The notes under the pieces were generated by a model. It worked only from the letters and a program-made list of their open reading frames with translations, was not told the origin of the DNA and ran no database searches. This document shows, piece after piece, positions 1 through 10,553 of a stretch of DNA of 54,700 bases. A program made the translations under genes and the position numbers. The stretch lies in contig JAPLXV010000021.1 of NCBI GenBank assembly GCA_026395895.1, forward strand, positions 1 through 54,700, read 5' to 3'. Numbering within the stretch: the stretch's first letter is position 1; each line of letters begins with the position of its first letter. This DNA comes from Candidatus Nomurabacteria bacterium (GTDB lineage: Bacteria; Patescibacteriota; Minisyncoccia; Phycocordibacterales; UBA9973).

Positions 1-2
1 TA

Positions 3-998
3 CCAAGCGGGGGAGAAAGTGACTATACCGCTCCCACCATAAGTGGTAATTATTCTAAAGGAATAGAAGGAAAAATAACTGTTTCAATTTATTACACTGG
101 AAATGGTGTTAGCTTTAGTGTAGGTGGAATTGCAAGCGGTGGCGGTATTGTTACTACTACCACACCTCAACCGATTGGAGACTCTGGTTTGTATATAAAA
201 TTTCCAAGTACTACCTCTTCTAATGTTACTGAATGGGTCATCAATATTCCTAACAAAAAAGCATCCGACTATTTAACTAATTACAATGCATACCAAGTAG
301 CCCTAGAAAATCAAAATCAAACGGTAAAAAATGCGCAAGCATCTCTTGACCAAGCTAACGCTTCCTTGGCTGCATTATTGACTCCTGCTCGCTCAGAAGA
401 TATCGCACAAGCGCAAGCGAATGTAGATAGTATAATTGCTAAAATTCAAAATGCTAAAATTATCGCGCCTATCAGTGGCGTCATTACGCAGTTTGATGCA
501 AAAGTTGGTCAATTTGCATCTTCAAGTGTGCCTCTCGTTTCCATAATATCAAGTGGTGGTTATGAAATAGATTCAGGTGTTTCTGAAACTGATATTGGAA
601 AAATTTTGATTGGTAATAAAGTTACAATGACACTTGATGCTTTTCCGAATGAAACTTTTACTGGGACAGTATTTTATATTGCCCCGTCGGAAACAAATGT
701 ACAAGGAGTGGTGGACTATCAAGTTAAAATTTCTTTTGACAAATCTGACCCGCGATTAAAAAGTGGATTAACCACCAATATTGATATCCAAACAAAACAC
801 AAAGATAATATTTTAGTTCTTCCACAATATGCTATTCTGCAAAACGACCAAGGAACATTTGTGGAGACACTTGAAAATAATGTAATTAAACAAAATCCTG
901 TAACACTTGGCATCGCAGATCAAAAAGGAAATGTTGAAATAATCTCCGGTGTTACTTTAGGCGAACAAGTTCTAAACATTGGACTTAAAGCGCAATGA
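3..998 (+). CDS. Efflux membrane-fusion protein (HlyD/MacA family), 5'-truncated by window edge
   Basis: Frame open from nt 3; coiled-coil then IAPISGVI lipoyl-like motif, V.ETDI, LKSG.T and C-terminal G..VEI.SG...G typical of MFPs; overlaps the ABC ATPase start. Confidence 0.85.
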   Translation, partial: PSGGESDYTAPTISGNYSKGIEGKITVSIYYTGNGVSFSVGGIASGGGIVTTTTPQPIGDSGLYIKFPSTTSSNVTEWVINIPNKKASDYLTNYNAYQVALENQNQTVKNAQASLDQANASLAALLTPARSEDIAQAQANVDSIIAKIQNAKIIAPISGVITQFDAKVGQFASSSVPLVSIISSGGYEIDSGVSETDIGKILIGNKVTMTLDAFPNETFTGTVFYIAPSETNVQGVVDYQVKISFDKSDPRLKSGLTTNIDIQTKHKDNILVLPQYAILQNDQGTFVETLENNVIKQNPVTLGIADQKGNVEIISGVTLGEQVLNIGLKAQ

Positions 999-1702
999 TT
1001 GAAGTAAGTGATTTAAAAAAAGAATACCTAGAAGAAGAAACACCGACTAGAGCTCTCCGTGGAGTAACTTTTTCTATTGAAAAAGGGGAGTTCGTTTCCG
1101 TGATGGGACCTTCCGGTTCCGGTAAATCTACTCTTCTTCATATCTTGAGTTTTCTCGATCGGCCAACTGGCGGATCCTATAAATTTCAAGGAAAAAGTAT
1201 TGATGAGATGACAGATAAAGAGCTCGCCCAAGTTCGCAATAAAGATATGGGCTTTGTTTTTCAATCATTCAATTTACTTTCTCGATTGACGGTATATGAC
1301 AACGTTGAAATACCACTTCTTTATTCCGATATTCCACCTAGCAAGCGCGCTACTCTGGTGGAAGAAGCGGTTCGGTCTGTCGGACTTGAAGAAAAATTAC
1401 ATACTGAAGCTGGCAAACTCTCCGGTGGTCAAAAACAACGTGTAGCTATTGCCCGAGCGCTGGTAACCGACCCCAATATTATTTTTGCTGATGAGCCCAC
1501 AGGTAATCTTGATTCGGAGTCAGGTTTGCAAGTTATGGAAATACTTGAATCACTAAATGACAAAGGTCGCACTGTGGTATTAGTAACGCACGAAACTCAA
1601 ACTGCCGAATTTGCTAATCGCATTATTAGAATAAAGGATGGCATGATTGAAAGTGATAAAGAAATTATCGCCAATCGTCATCATCGTGGTAATTTAAAAT
1701 AA
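995..1702 (+). CDS. ABC transporter ATP-binding protein (MacB/LolD-like)
   Basis: Walker A GPSGSGKS, signature LSGGQKQR, Walker [14 protein letters not shown]-loop VTHE. Confidence 0.95.
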   Translation: MIEVSDLKKEYLEEETPTRALRGVTFSIEKGEFVSVMGPSGSGKSTLLHILSFLDRPTGGSYKFQGKSIDEMTDKELAQVRNKDMGFVFQSFNLLSRLTVYDNVEIPLLYSDIPPSKRATLVEEAVRSVGLEEKLHTEAGKLSGGQKQRVAIARALVTDPNIIFADEPTGNLDSESGLQVMEILESLNDKGRTVVLVTHETQTAEFANRIIRIKDGMIESDKEIIANRHHRGNLK

Positions 1703-1703
1703 T

Positions 1704-2951
1704 ATGCTTTTTAGAGATGCTTTTAAAACTTCTACCCGCAGTCTGACACATGGAAAAATGCGTTCGATTTTAACCATGCTTGGTATCGTTATTGGTATCG
1801 CTTCGGTAATCATTCTTATGTCCATCGGACAATCAGCTCAGGATTTAATTATAAATCAAGTGCAGAGCGTCGGTTCTAATCTTATTGTGGTTATACCCGG
1901 TACACCTTCTAATGGTAAATTTTCTCCTTCTGCCGCTGAACAAGGTATTGTCGTTACTACTTTAAGACAAAAAGATATTGATGCCTTGGAGCGTGAACCT
2001 TCTATAGATGCGGCTGCACCTTTGGTTAGCGGACAAGCCGAAATTGTTTATGGAAATAATAATAAAATAGTAAGTTACCAAGGAGTAACTGCTAATATGT
2101 TTGTCATACGAAACCTTACTGTCGGAAAAGGGTTTGCTTTCACAAAAGCGGATGTTGATTCCGCAAATCATGTAATAGTAATCGGACCTGGTCTTGCCAC
2201 TACACTTTTTGGTCCTTACGTTAACCCTATAGATAAAATCATCCGAATGAAAAATATTTCGTTTCGGGTTGTAGGAGTGTTAGCGAAAGGTGGAACAGGA
2301 GCTTTCGGAGTTGACCAAGGAAATATTGCTATCATCCCTATAACTATTGCTCAGAAACAATTACTCGGAATTTCTTATTTCAGTACAGCTCTGGTTCAAG
2401 CAAATCAAAAATATGATATCACTTTTGCAGAATCACGTATAAGATTTACTTTACGTCAAAGCCATGGCATAACCGATCCGAACAAAGATGATTTCAATAT
2501 ACTAACGCAAGCGGATATTTTATCTATTCTTGGTACAATTACTTCAGTTCTGACACTTTTCTTAGCGGCTATTGCTTCTATTTCACTTATCGTCGGCGGT
2601 ATAGGTATTATGAATATTATGCTTGTCTCCGTTACAGAAAGAACCCGAGAAATTGGACTTCGCAAGGCGGTTGGGGCAACAAATAATGACATCTTGCAAC
2701 AATTTCTTATTGAATCGGTTTTACTAACTTTTATAGGCGGAATAATAGGTATTGCCATAGGCGCAGGTATTGTAGGGCTTATTTATTTTGTGCTTTCAAC
2801 TTTCTTTTCTATCGGCTGGGTTTTTGCTTTTCCGATTTCAGCTGTAATTTTAGGACTTGCGGTATCTGGTATTGCCGGTATGGCTTTTGGAATTTATCCG
2901 GCTTATCAAGCTGGCAAAAAAAATCCAATTGATGCATTACGATATGAATAA
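1704..2951 (+). CDS. ABC transporter permease (MacB/FtsX family)
   Basis: RSILTMLGIVIG, GGIGIMNIMLVSVTERTREIGLRKAVGA, C-terminal NPIDALRYE. Confidence 0.95.
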   Translation: MLFRDAFKTSTRSLTHGKMRSILTMLGIVIGIASVIILMSIGQSAQDLIINQVQSVGSNLIVVIPGTPSNGKFSPSAAEQGIVVTTLRQKDIDALEREPSIDAAAPLVSGQAEIVYGNNNKIVSYQGVTANMFVIRNLTVGKGFAFTKADVDSANHVIVIGPGLATTLFGPYVNPIDKIIRMKNISFRVVGVLAKGGTGAFGVDQGNIAIIPITIAQKQLLGISYFSTALVQANQKYDITFAESRIRFTLRQSHGITDPNKDDFNILTQADILSILGTITSVLTLFLAAIASISLIVGGIGIMNIMLVSVTERTREIGLRKAVGATNNDILQQFLIESVLLTFIGGIIGIAIGAGIVGLIYFVLSTFFSIGWVFAFPISAVILGLAVSGIAGMAFGIYPAYQAGKKNPIDALRYE

Positions 2952-2960
2952 AAATGGTAA

Positions 2961-3030
2961 ACCCGCACACTTACTTTTTGATTGCGTCAAAGACGCGTTT
3001 GTAAAACTATCAAAGAGTAAGTGTGCGGGT
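2961..3030. repeat. Branched palindromic element (REP/MITE-like)
   Basis: Outer stem acccgcacacttac..gtaagtgtgcgggt with inner hairpins gcgtc-aaa-gacgc and gttt-gta-aaac. Confidence 0.7.
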
Positions 3031-3053
3031 AAAAAAAGTAGTATAATAATTTT

Positions 3054-3126
3054 ATGAGGAGTGAAACTAAAACTTGTCAAAACCCCGAACGAAAGCGTAG
3101 CTTCATACGGGGCAGGCTGTAAAAAA
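3054..3126 (+). pseudogene. Relic 5' end of a Cys-rich family gene, interrupted by a 34-nt hairpin (3083-3116)
   Basis: Removing 3083-3116 yields MRSETKTCQNCKK, matching the family N-terminus; TATAAT at 3042-3047 lies 6 nt before this ATG. Confidence 0.6.
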
Positions 3127-3127
3127 T

Positions 3128-4837
3128 ATGGAAACTAGAACATGTCAAAATTGTAAAATAGAGTTTGTAATAGAAAAGGAGGATTTCAAATTTTATGAAA
3201 AAATAAAAGTCCCTCCGCCAACTTTTTGTCCGGAATGCAGACTAATCCGACGACTTAGTTGGAGAAATGAACGCTCTTTGTTTCATGCAAAATGTGATAA
3301 TTGTGAGAAAAAAATATTTTCTTCATACGCCTCAGACAGTATTTCCCCCGTTTTTTGTAAAGATTGCTGGTTTTCTGATGCTTGGGATCCTCTTGCTTAT
3401 GGAAAAGAATATGATTTTTCTAAACCATTTTTCTTACAATTTAAAGAATTATTTAATAAAGTTCCAAAACTTAATCTTTTTCATATAAATTCTAAAAATT
3501 CTGATTATTCTAATATAATTAGGGATTGTAAAAATGTATATCTTTCATATTCTATAGTAGAAGGAGAAGATATTTTTTATTCTAAAGATATCGATCATTC
3601 GAGACAAATTTTTGATAGTCTTACCATAAATGATTGTGAAAAATCAGCTTTTCTCGTTTATTGTGCAAACGATTACAACGTCATTTATTCTATAACTGTC
3701 TTAGATTGTTTTGATTCAATGTTTTTATATGATTGTCGAAACTGCTCTAATTGTTTTATGTCAGCCAATTTACGTAATCAACAATATGTATTCAGAGAAA
3801 AAAAATATCCAAAAGAAGAATATTTTAATTTAATAAGTAAAATTAATACCGGTAGTTATGAAGAATTCGAGAAATTGATTGTGGAATTTGAAAAAATGAA
3901 AGAAAGAGCAATTCATCGATATTCTCAAGTGGGTAAATTAGTTATTAATTCGACAGGCGATGCAATTTCTAACACTCGAAACTCTAGAGAATGTTTCAAC
4001 GCATATGATATGGAAAATACTAAATGGACTTATCGATGTTTTGCCTTAAAAGATGCCTATGATTCTAATTACGGAGGACTTAATTCGGAATTGGTGTATG
4101 AATTTATTTCTGGAGGAAAAGAACAGAGTAAAGCTTTTTTTACAGTAGCTGCTATGAATTTTTTGCGTGATACTTACTATACTGGTTGGAGTAATGGATT
4201 TAAACTTTTTGGTTGTTTTGGTGTTAGAAATGGAAAGTATTGTATTCTAAATAAACAATACACAGAGGAACAATATGAGGAACTGGTTCCAAAGATAATA
4301 AAACATATGGTTGAGATACCATTTGAAGGAGAAGACGGAAGAAAATACTATTTTGGTGATTTTTTTCCATTTGAATTATCTTTTTATGCATATAATGAAT
4401 CTGCAGCTCAAGAAATTTTTCCACTGACCTTTGAACAAATAAAAAATAAAGGTTATATTTATAGAGAAAGTGAAAAGAAAAAATATGAAATAACTAAAAG
4501 AACAGAAGACCTACCAGATAATATTTTTGAAATAACTGATAACATTTTAAAAGAAATTATTGAATGTGAACATAAAGGGAGATGTTTGCATCAATGTACT
4601 ACTGCTTTCAAAATACATCCAGAGGAACTTTCTTTTTATCGTAACTTTAAACTTCCAATTCCTCGTTCATGTCCAAATTGTAGATTTTATAAAAGATTAG
4701 AATATCGTAATCCTTGGAAATTGTGGCATAGAAAGTGTATGAAAGAAGGATGTCAAAATGAATTTGAAACTAGTTATGCTCCTGACAGACCGGAGATTGT
4801 TTATTGTGAGAGGTGCTATCAGCAGGAGGTTTATTAG
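3128..4837 (+). CDS. Cys-rich zinc-ribbon/repeat protein, paralog 1 (function unknown)
   Basis: N-terminal CQNC..CPECR, many CxxC motifs, C-terminal CPNCR..NEFETSY..YCERCYQQEVY shared with 47167 and 51831. Confidence 0.85.
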   Translation: METRTCQNCKIEFVIEKEDFKFYEKIKVPPPTFCPECRLIRRLSWRNERSLFHAKCDNCEKKIFSSYASDSISPVFCKDCWFSDAWDPLAYGKEYDFSKPFFLQFKELFNKVPKLNLFHINSKNSDYSNIIRDCKNVYLSYSIVEGEDIFYSKDIDHSRQIFDSLTINDCEKSAFLVYCANDYNVIYSITVLDCFDSMFLYDCRNCSNCFMSANLRNQQYVFREKKYPKEEYFNLISKINTGSYEEFEKLIVEFEKMKERAIHRYSQVGKLVINSTGDAISNTRNSRECFNAYDMENTKWTYRCFALKDAYDSNYGGLNSELVYEFISGGKEQSKAFFTVAAMNFLRDTYYTGWSNGFKLFGCFGVRNGKYCILNKQYTEEQYEELVPKIIKHMVEIPFEGEDGRKYYFGDFFPFELSFYAYNESAAQEIFPLTFEQIKNKGYIYRESEKKKYEITKRTEDLPDNIFEITDNILKEIIECEHKGRCLHQCTTAFKIHPEELSFYRNFKLPIPRSCPNCRFYKRLEYRNPWKLWHRKCMKEGCQNEFETSYAPDRPEIVYCERCYQQEVY

Positions 4838-4840
4838 ATT

Positions 4841-4887
4841 TTTCCCTTAAGCTGGGCTTAGGGGACAGAAGCCCAGCTTAGGGGAAA
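4841..4887. repeat. Inverted repeat (REP-like doublet or terminator)
   Basis: tttcccttaagctgggctt / aagcccagcttaggggaaa, 19-bp arms with one G:T. Confidence 0.7.
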
Positions 4888-4915
4888 GGGGTGAGGTGTA
4901 TGTTATAATAAAAAC

Positions 4916-5734
4916 ATGACTTTTAAAAAACTTTGTATTGTTTTATTTTTGATATTTTCTTTACTGCCAATGCAAAAAATATCGGCACAAAGCTCTAATA
5001 CTGGTTTCGTATCAGGAAATATTTGGTATTCAAAAGATCCATTTGAAGAAGGGGATAAGATAAAGATTTATACATTAATTTTTAATCCAGATTCAAAACA
5101 ATTATCAGGTACTGTAAATTTTTTTGATAATACAGTCTTGTTGGGTAAAAAAGATTTTTCTGTAGCTGCAAATGCATCAAGCGCTATATCTATCAGCTGG
5201 ACTGCAACTGCGGGAGATCATAGTATTTTTGGCAAGATTGAAAATGCTAAATTTTTATTAGAAAATGGAAATTATCAAACAGTGTCTCTCGTTGAAAATC
5301 AAACAGAGAAAAGTTTGAGGACTGTTCCTAAAAAAATAATTCCCAAACCAGCAGATACGACTATAAATACCACTAGCACATCCGTTTCGGATATAGCAGG
5401 AAAAATTCCCACTTTTATTACTGGACCAATAATTTCTGCTGCAGGTGGTTTAGAAACATTTCGAAATAATTTAAATACCACAACAAATGATAAAAAAGAA
5501 GCAATACAAAAAGAAATAAAAGCTTTAGACAATTCTAATTTGGTAGTTGGACTATCAAAAGGAAATGCAACTATAAAGACTGACACAAATCCATTATTGA
5601 AACCATTTAAATATGTAGAAATATTTTTTCTTTCTATTTTCTCTTTTATTCTAAATAATAAAATTATATTTTATGGTATCTTGATTGTTGTTGTTTTCTT
5701 TATTCTACGTTTTATCTGGAAAAAGATATTTTAA
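4916..5734 (+). CDS. Membrane-anchored secreted protein with Ig/CARDB-like domain
   Basis: Signal peptide, beta-rich domain (WYSKDPFEEGD..ISWTATAGDH), C-terminal hydrophobic helices. Confidence 0.65.
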   Translation: MTFKKLCIVLFLIFSLLPMQKISAQSSNTGFVSGNIWYSKDPFEEGDKIKIYTLIFNPDSKQLSGTVNFFDNTVLLGKKDFSVAANASSAISISWTATAGDHSIFGKIENAKFLLENGNYQTVSLVENQTEKSLRTVPKKIIPKPADTTINTTSTSVSDIAGKIPTFITGPIISAAGGLETFRNNLNTTTNDKKEAIQKEIKALDNSNLVVGLSKGNATIKTDTNPLLKPFKYVEIFFLSIFSFILNNKIIFYGILIVVVFFILRFIWKKIF

Positions 5735-5778
5735 AATACTAGGTGTTTCCAGGCTATTTGAATTCGGGTACGAAATGC

Positions 5779-5807
5779 TTGACAAATACATATAAATATG
5801 CTATCCT
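5779..5807 (+). promoter_or_regulatory. Sigma70-type promoter for 5916
   Basis: TTGACA(5779)-17 nt-TATCCT(5802) with TGn extension; SD AGGAGG before the TTG at 5916. Confidence 0.65.
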
Positions 5808-5915
5808 TTTTTTAGGTAACATATTATCATAAAAGTCATTTAAATTCTTTGATAAAAAAATACTTATCCAGTTATAAAAATAAAAAACAATAAAAAAAAC
5901 CTTTAGGAGGCAAAA

Positions 5916-6917
5916 TTGAACAGAAAAATAGTAACCCTAGTAATCTTTGGTTTGTTTTTAAGTTATAGTTTTACATCTGCACAAAACAGCCATTTCGCAG
6001 TTGGATATGCTGCTGAACAAGAAGGAAAATACTTGATAGCAATAAAAGAATACAACAAAGCTGTCAGTAATTTCCCTGGAGCAGAGAAAGACTTAAAAAG
6101 AGTTTTAAATATTTTGTTGAAAAAATATCAACATAATAGAGATAAAAATATTGAAGTTTTTATCTTAAAAACTTACAACGAAACAAAAAATTCAATCTTT
6201 AATGATTGGCTTAATGCTATCTATAAAAAAATAGTATTGTCAATTTCTAAAAAAGGAGGAAGTAAAGAATTAACTAGAAATGATGTAGAATTTCTTTGTA
6301 AATTTTGTAATCAAATATCCTGGAAAGAAAAAGCAAAGAGTTGGGATATCGTCAGAGCTCAAATATATGAAAAGGAGGCTAAAACTTCATACAACCTTAA
6401 GGAAAAAGTATATAAATTGAGAAATTCTTATGGTATATATTCAAAATACAATACTGATACAAAAAAAATATCATCTAAATTATCAGAGTTGTATCTGTCT
6501 GCTTTTCTTTTTGGTTCTTATATTGAAATAGATAATGAAGGATATTATATGGAAATTTACGAAGGAGGAAATGAAAATCTTCTTGACTCTGCAAAGTTTT
6601 TTGCAAAAAAAATTAATAATTTTTTAATTTTTAAATCTATGGCAGATAAAGCAATGAGGGATAAGGTTCATGAATATTCTTTAGGAGTATGGGTAAAAAT
6701 AAAAGTAGGAAATCCACGAACTCATTTATTAGAGTGGGAAACAGAATTTGTAAAAGCAGAAAATATACTTTGGCTAAGGACTAGTGCTTCAGAACACGAA
6801 TTCATGGAAGACAAAGTAAGGAAAGTTAATCCTATAAAAAATGCATTAGCGGTATATGAATTAATAGGCGACAAAGAAAATGCTACACGATGTAAATTAA
6901 TTTTAGGCATCAAATAA
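5916..6917 (+). CDS. Hypothetical secreted helical protein (possibly TPR-like)
   Basis: 333-aa ORF, signal peptide, own promoter, SD and terminator; no recognised family. Confidence 0.6.
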   Translation: MNRKIVTLVIFGLFLSYSFTSAQNSHFAVGYAAEQEGKYLIAIKEYNKAVSNFPGAEKDLKRVLNILLKKYQHNRDKNIEVFILKTYNETKNSIFNDWLNAIYKKIVLSISKKGGSKELTRNDVEFLCKFCNQISWKEKAKSWDIVRAQIYEKEAKTSYNLKEKVYKLRNSYGIYSKYNTDTKKISSKLSELYLSAFLFGSYIEIDNEGYYMEIYEGGNENLLDSAKFFAKKINNFLIFKSMADKAMRDKVHEYSLGVWVKIKVGNPRTHLLEWETEFVKAENILWLRTSASEHEFMEDKVRKVNPIKNALAVYELIGDKENATRCKLILGIK

Positions 6918-6928
6918 AAAATAATTAA

Positions 6929-6960
6929 AAAAAGGGCGGTCAGAATTGATCGCCTTTTAT
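6929..6960 (+). terminator. Intrinsic terminator
   Basis: aaaagggcggtca-gaat-tgatcgcctttt hairpin flanked by A/T runs. Confidence 0.65.
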
Positions 6961-7009
6961 TGTGTAAATTTCTATTTGTTTTTTTAATTTAAGCGTGTAA
7001 AATAAGGTT

Positions 7010-7267
7010 ATGGTTCTCAGAATTTTAGCTTCTTTAATACTCCTTTTATCTATATTATATATGCCTTTCTGGGTATCTGTGATATTGGCATTGGCTGGAA
7101 TGATTTATTTCTCTTTTTTCTGGGAAGGCGTCGCCTTATTTTTTCTTTCAGACTTACTTTATGGAACAAGTGAGGCTAGATTCTTTAATATATTCTTTAT
7201 TTCAACCATCATTTCTTTTATAGTTTTAATCATAATAGAATTATCAAAAAAGAAACTACGAACTTAA
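7010..7267 (+). CDS. Small integral membrane protein
   Basis: 85 aa, about three hydrophobic segments, directly upstream of PBP2. Confidence 0.65.
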   Translation: MVLRILASLILLLSILYMPFWVSVILALAGMIYFSFFWEGVALFFLSDLLYGTSEARFFNIFFISTIISFIVLIIIELSKKKLRT

Positions 7268-7301
7268 CGCCACAATATTATAACAGAATTCAAAATAAAT
7301 C

Positions 7302-8944
7302 ATGATTAGAAAAATATTATCAAAACAAAAAATCAAAAATGCTAATTTCTTTGTAGAACCAGACGAGATTTTTCTTGATTCAAAAAATCTACAAAATTTT
7401 GACCGCCAACAATTTGAAGGCCGAATAGAAAAACCAATTTCCAAGAAAGCTATCTTTTTTGTTGGTATTTTTTTCTTATTATTTTTGGGAGCATTTTCAA
7501 CTAGACTGGGATATCTTCAAATACAAAAAGGAGAAGCATATTTAAATAGAAGTAATAATAATGTGTTAGAAAAACAAATTATTTTTAGCGATAGGGGAAT
7601 TATTTATGATAGAAATAAAGTAGAACTTGCTTGGAATAAAAAAGGAGCAGATTTACCTACCACCATTCGTACATACTTAGCGCCCGGATTTTCACATCTT
7701 TTGGGTTACGTCAGTTATCCAATGCAAGATAGCTCTGGAAATTATTGGCAAAGTGAATTTATAGGTAAGGATGGCCTTGAAAAACAATACAATCAATCAT
7801 TAAAAGGAGAAAATGGCTCAAAAATAGTGGAGATAGATGCGCGCAAAATAGTTCATTCTGAAAATATTGTAAATGCTCCAAAACGTGGAGCTGATTTAGT
7901 AACTAGCCTTGATTCACGTATTCAGAAAGAATTGTATACTTTAATTAAAAATTTATCTGAAAGCAATTCTTTCTCGGGCGGACAGAATATAACTCTGAAA
8001 TTCTTTCCTTAGGTAAAGATGCGAACCAAATTCAAAATTATTTAGATGATAAAAGAAAAGTTTTTTTGGATAGAACCATTTCTGGTTTATATACTCCCGG
8101 TTCTATTGTAAAACCATTTTTTGCCATGGGAGCTTTAACCGAAAATGTAATTGATCCTTATAAAAAAATACTATCAACTGGTTCTATCTCAATTCCAAAC
8201 CCATATTTTCCCAATCAAAAGACTGTTTTTAAGGACTGGAGAGTTCAAGGATGGGTAGATATGCGACAAGCCATAGCTGTATCAAGTGACGTTTATTTTT
8301 ATGAAATTGGTGGTGGATTTGAAAGTCAAAAAGGTCTAGGTATAGTAAATATTGAAAAATATGCCAGACTTTTTGGTATCGGAGGAAAAACTGGAATTGA
8401 TTTGCCAGATGAAAAAGGAGGTGTAATTCCTAGCCCCGAATGGAAAATTAAAAATTTTAAGGGCGAACCGTGGCGTGTTGGAGATACTTATCATACTGTT
8501 ATCGGACAATATGGATTCCAAGTAACTCCGATGGAAATGCTGCGTGCTGTTTCTGCTATCGCAAATTATGGCACTCTTGTCACGCCACATTATATTTTAG
8601 GAGATAAAACAAAAGAAATTGCAATTTCAAAAATAGATTTGAAAAAAGAATATTTTGATGTCGTGCATGAAGGAATGAGACAAAGTGTTCTAGCGGGAAC
8701 TTCCACGGCAGTGAATGTGCCTTACGTTCAAGTTGCTTCCAAAACTGGAACAGCACAAGTTGGCGTAAGTAAAACCAAAGTGAATTCTTGGATTATTGGT
8801 TTCTTCCCATATGAAAATCCCAAATATGCTTTTACCATCATGATGGAATCTGGACCTTCTTCAGGAGGTGTAGGTGCCTCCTCTATAATGCGACAACTTT
8901 TAGATTGGATGTCAATTAATACTCCTGAATATTTTGTGCTATAA
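7302..8944 (+). CDS. mrdA: Penicillin-binding protein 2, frameshifted by an apparent deletion at ~7982
   Basis: TM, dimerisation domain (RGIIYDR, GKDGLEKQY), transpeptidase SIVK / SSD / KTGT. Frames meet as ..SGG|ca|EYNSE..; the usual AGVIMD..GEILA..SYP strand is missing. Confidence 0.8.
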
Positions 8945-8951
8945 TACCAAA

Positions 8952-9212
8952 ATGAGTAAAGTAAAAATAATTTTTGGATTGGGAATTTGGATAACAATAT
9001 TACCTTATTTAGGATTTCCATATTCTTTAAAAAATATCTTGTTTTCTATTTCCGGCTTAGGCATTATTTACTTTTGTTATCTATTATATAGAGATTTAAA
9101 AGTAGGGGAGACAGAAGAGAAGACTTTTGATAATTTTTCTGAAAATAGCAATTTTAATGAAAATGAAACAAAATCCCAAGAACATACTAATCCAAATGAG
9201 AAAGAAATTTAA
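8952..9212 (+). CDS. Small two-TM membrane protein
   Basis: MSKVKIIFGLGIW..LPYLGFP; ATG 6 nt after TGCTATAAT. Confidence 0.65.
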   Translation: MSKVKIIFGLGIWITILPYLGFPYSLKNILFSISGLGIIYFCYLLYRDLKVGETEEKTFDNFSENSNFNENETKSQEHTNPNEKEI

Positions 9213-10437
9213 TAATTTGAATTTTATATTGGAATATTTTAAAGAAAGGCGTACTTCGGCCACTATTTTATTAGTAGCTCTTTTTTTTGGTTTAGGTGTA
9301 TATATAGGGTTTAACCAAAGACCAGAAATAAACAAAGTTGTCAATATCTCGGGAAAAGAAACTGCTGTTGCTACAGAAGCTGACTTTTCTCCGTTTTGGA
9401 AAGTTTGGAATAGTATTAATGAAAAATATCCTAACGCCATTAAAACAACCGACCAAAACAAGATTTATGGGGCTATTTCTGGGCTTGTAGGCTCTTTAAA
9501 TGACCCCTACAGCGTGTTTTTTAACCCAGATGATGCAAAGCTCTTTGAGGACGATATACAAGGTAGTTTTGGTGGAATTGGTATGGAAATTGGCATGAAA
9601 GATAAGGTACTGACAGTAATCGCTCCTCTTAAAAATACTCCTGCCTATAAAGCTGATATAAAGTCGGGTGATAAAATTCTAAAAATTGACAACCTAGTCA
9701 CTTCTGGAATGAGTGTAGAAAAAGCCATAAAATTAATTAGAGGAGATGTGGGTACGACAGTAACACTGACAATCTTTCGTGAAGGAGATCAGGATCCAAA
9801 AGAAATAAAAATCGTACGAGATATTATTAATATACCGACCCTTGATACAGAATTAAGAAAGGACGGAATTTTTGTAATAAAACTTTATAGTTTTTCGGCA
9901 AATTCAGCTGACCTATTTCGTAATGCATTAAAGGAATTTTCTACATCCAAGTCTGATAAATTGTTGCTAGACTTAAGAGGAAACCCTGGAGGATATTTAG
10001 ATGCGGCTGTTAGTATGTCTAGTTGGTTTTTAGAAGGAGGTAAAACTGTGGTGACAGAAGATTATGGAAATAATTTAAAACCAAAAATATACAGAAGCCA
10101 AGGTTATAATGTATTTTCTGACAAATTAAAATTTGTGATTTTAATTGATAGCGGTTCGGCCTCAGCTTCTGAAATACTAGCGGGCGCAATGCAAGACTAC
10201 AAAAAAGCGATACTGGTAGGAGATAAGAGTTTTGGTAAAGGTTCTGTCCAAGAAGTGGTAAAAGTGACACCAGACACTATTTTAAAAATTACCGTAGCCA
10301 AATGGTTGACTCCCAATGGCAATTCTATTTCCGAAAAAGGATTAACTCCAGATTATGAAGTATTATTTACAAAAAAAGATATTGAAAATAAAGTAGATCC
10401 ACAATTAAATAAAGCTGTAGAATTGTTATTAAAATAA
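9196..10437 (+). CDS. Carboxyl-terminal processing protease (S41, PDZ)
   Basis: GGIG PDZ motif, LDLRGNPGG, SASASE, GKGSVQ; start probably MRKKF at 9196. Confidence 0.92.
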   Translation: MRKKFNNLNFILEYFKERRTSATILLVALFFGLGVYIGFNQRPEINKVVNISGKETAVATEADFSPFWKVWNSINEKYPNAIKTTDQNKIYGAISGLVGSLNDPYSVFFNPDDAKLFEDDIQGSFGGIGMEIGMKDKVLTVIAPLKNTPAYKADIKSGDKILKIDNLVTSGMSVEKAIKLIRGDVGTTVTLTIFREGDQDPKEIKIVRDIINIPTLDTELRKDGIFVIKLYSFSANSADLFRNALKEFSTSKSDKLLLDLRGNPGGYLDAAVSMSSWFLEGGKTVVTEDYGNNLKPKIYRSQGYNVFSDKLKFVILIDSGSASASEILAGAMQDYKKAILVGDKSFGKGSVQEVVKVTPDTILKITVAKWLTPNGNSISEKGLTPDYEVLFTKKDIENKVDPQLNKAVELLLK

Positions 10438-10462
10438 CGAGCGAAGTGAGTATATTTTTATA

Positions 10463-10516
10463 ACCCTGTTAAATAATTTTTGCAAAGCAAAAATTGCCGA
10501 AGGCATTTAACAGGGT
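10463..10516. repeat. Branched palindromic element, copy 1
   Basis: accctgttaaat..atttaacagggt with two inner hairpins; near-identical inverted copy at 50096-50151. Confidence 0.85.
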
Positions 10517-10553
10517 GAAGATTTTCTAATCGCTTTGCTCAAGAAAATCAATC

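Noticed and set aside
3128..4837. Multiheme cytochrome or DGR target for the Cys-rich family
   Set aside because: CxxC motifs mostly lack the CxxCH His, there is no signal peptide, and no reverse transcriptase or adenine-specific TR/VR pair is seen.
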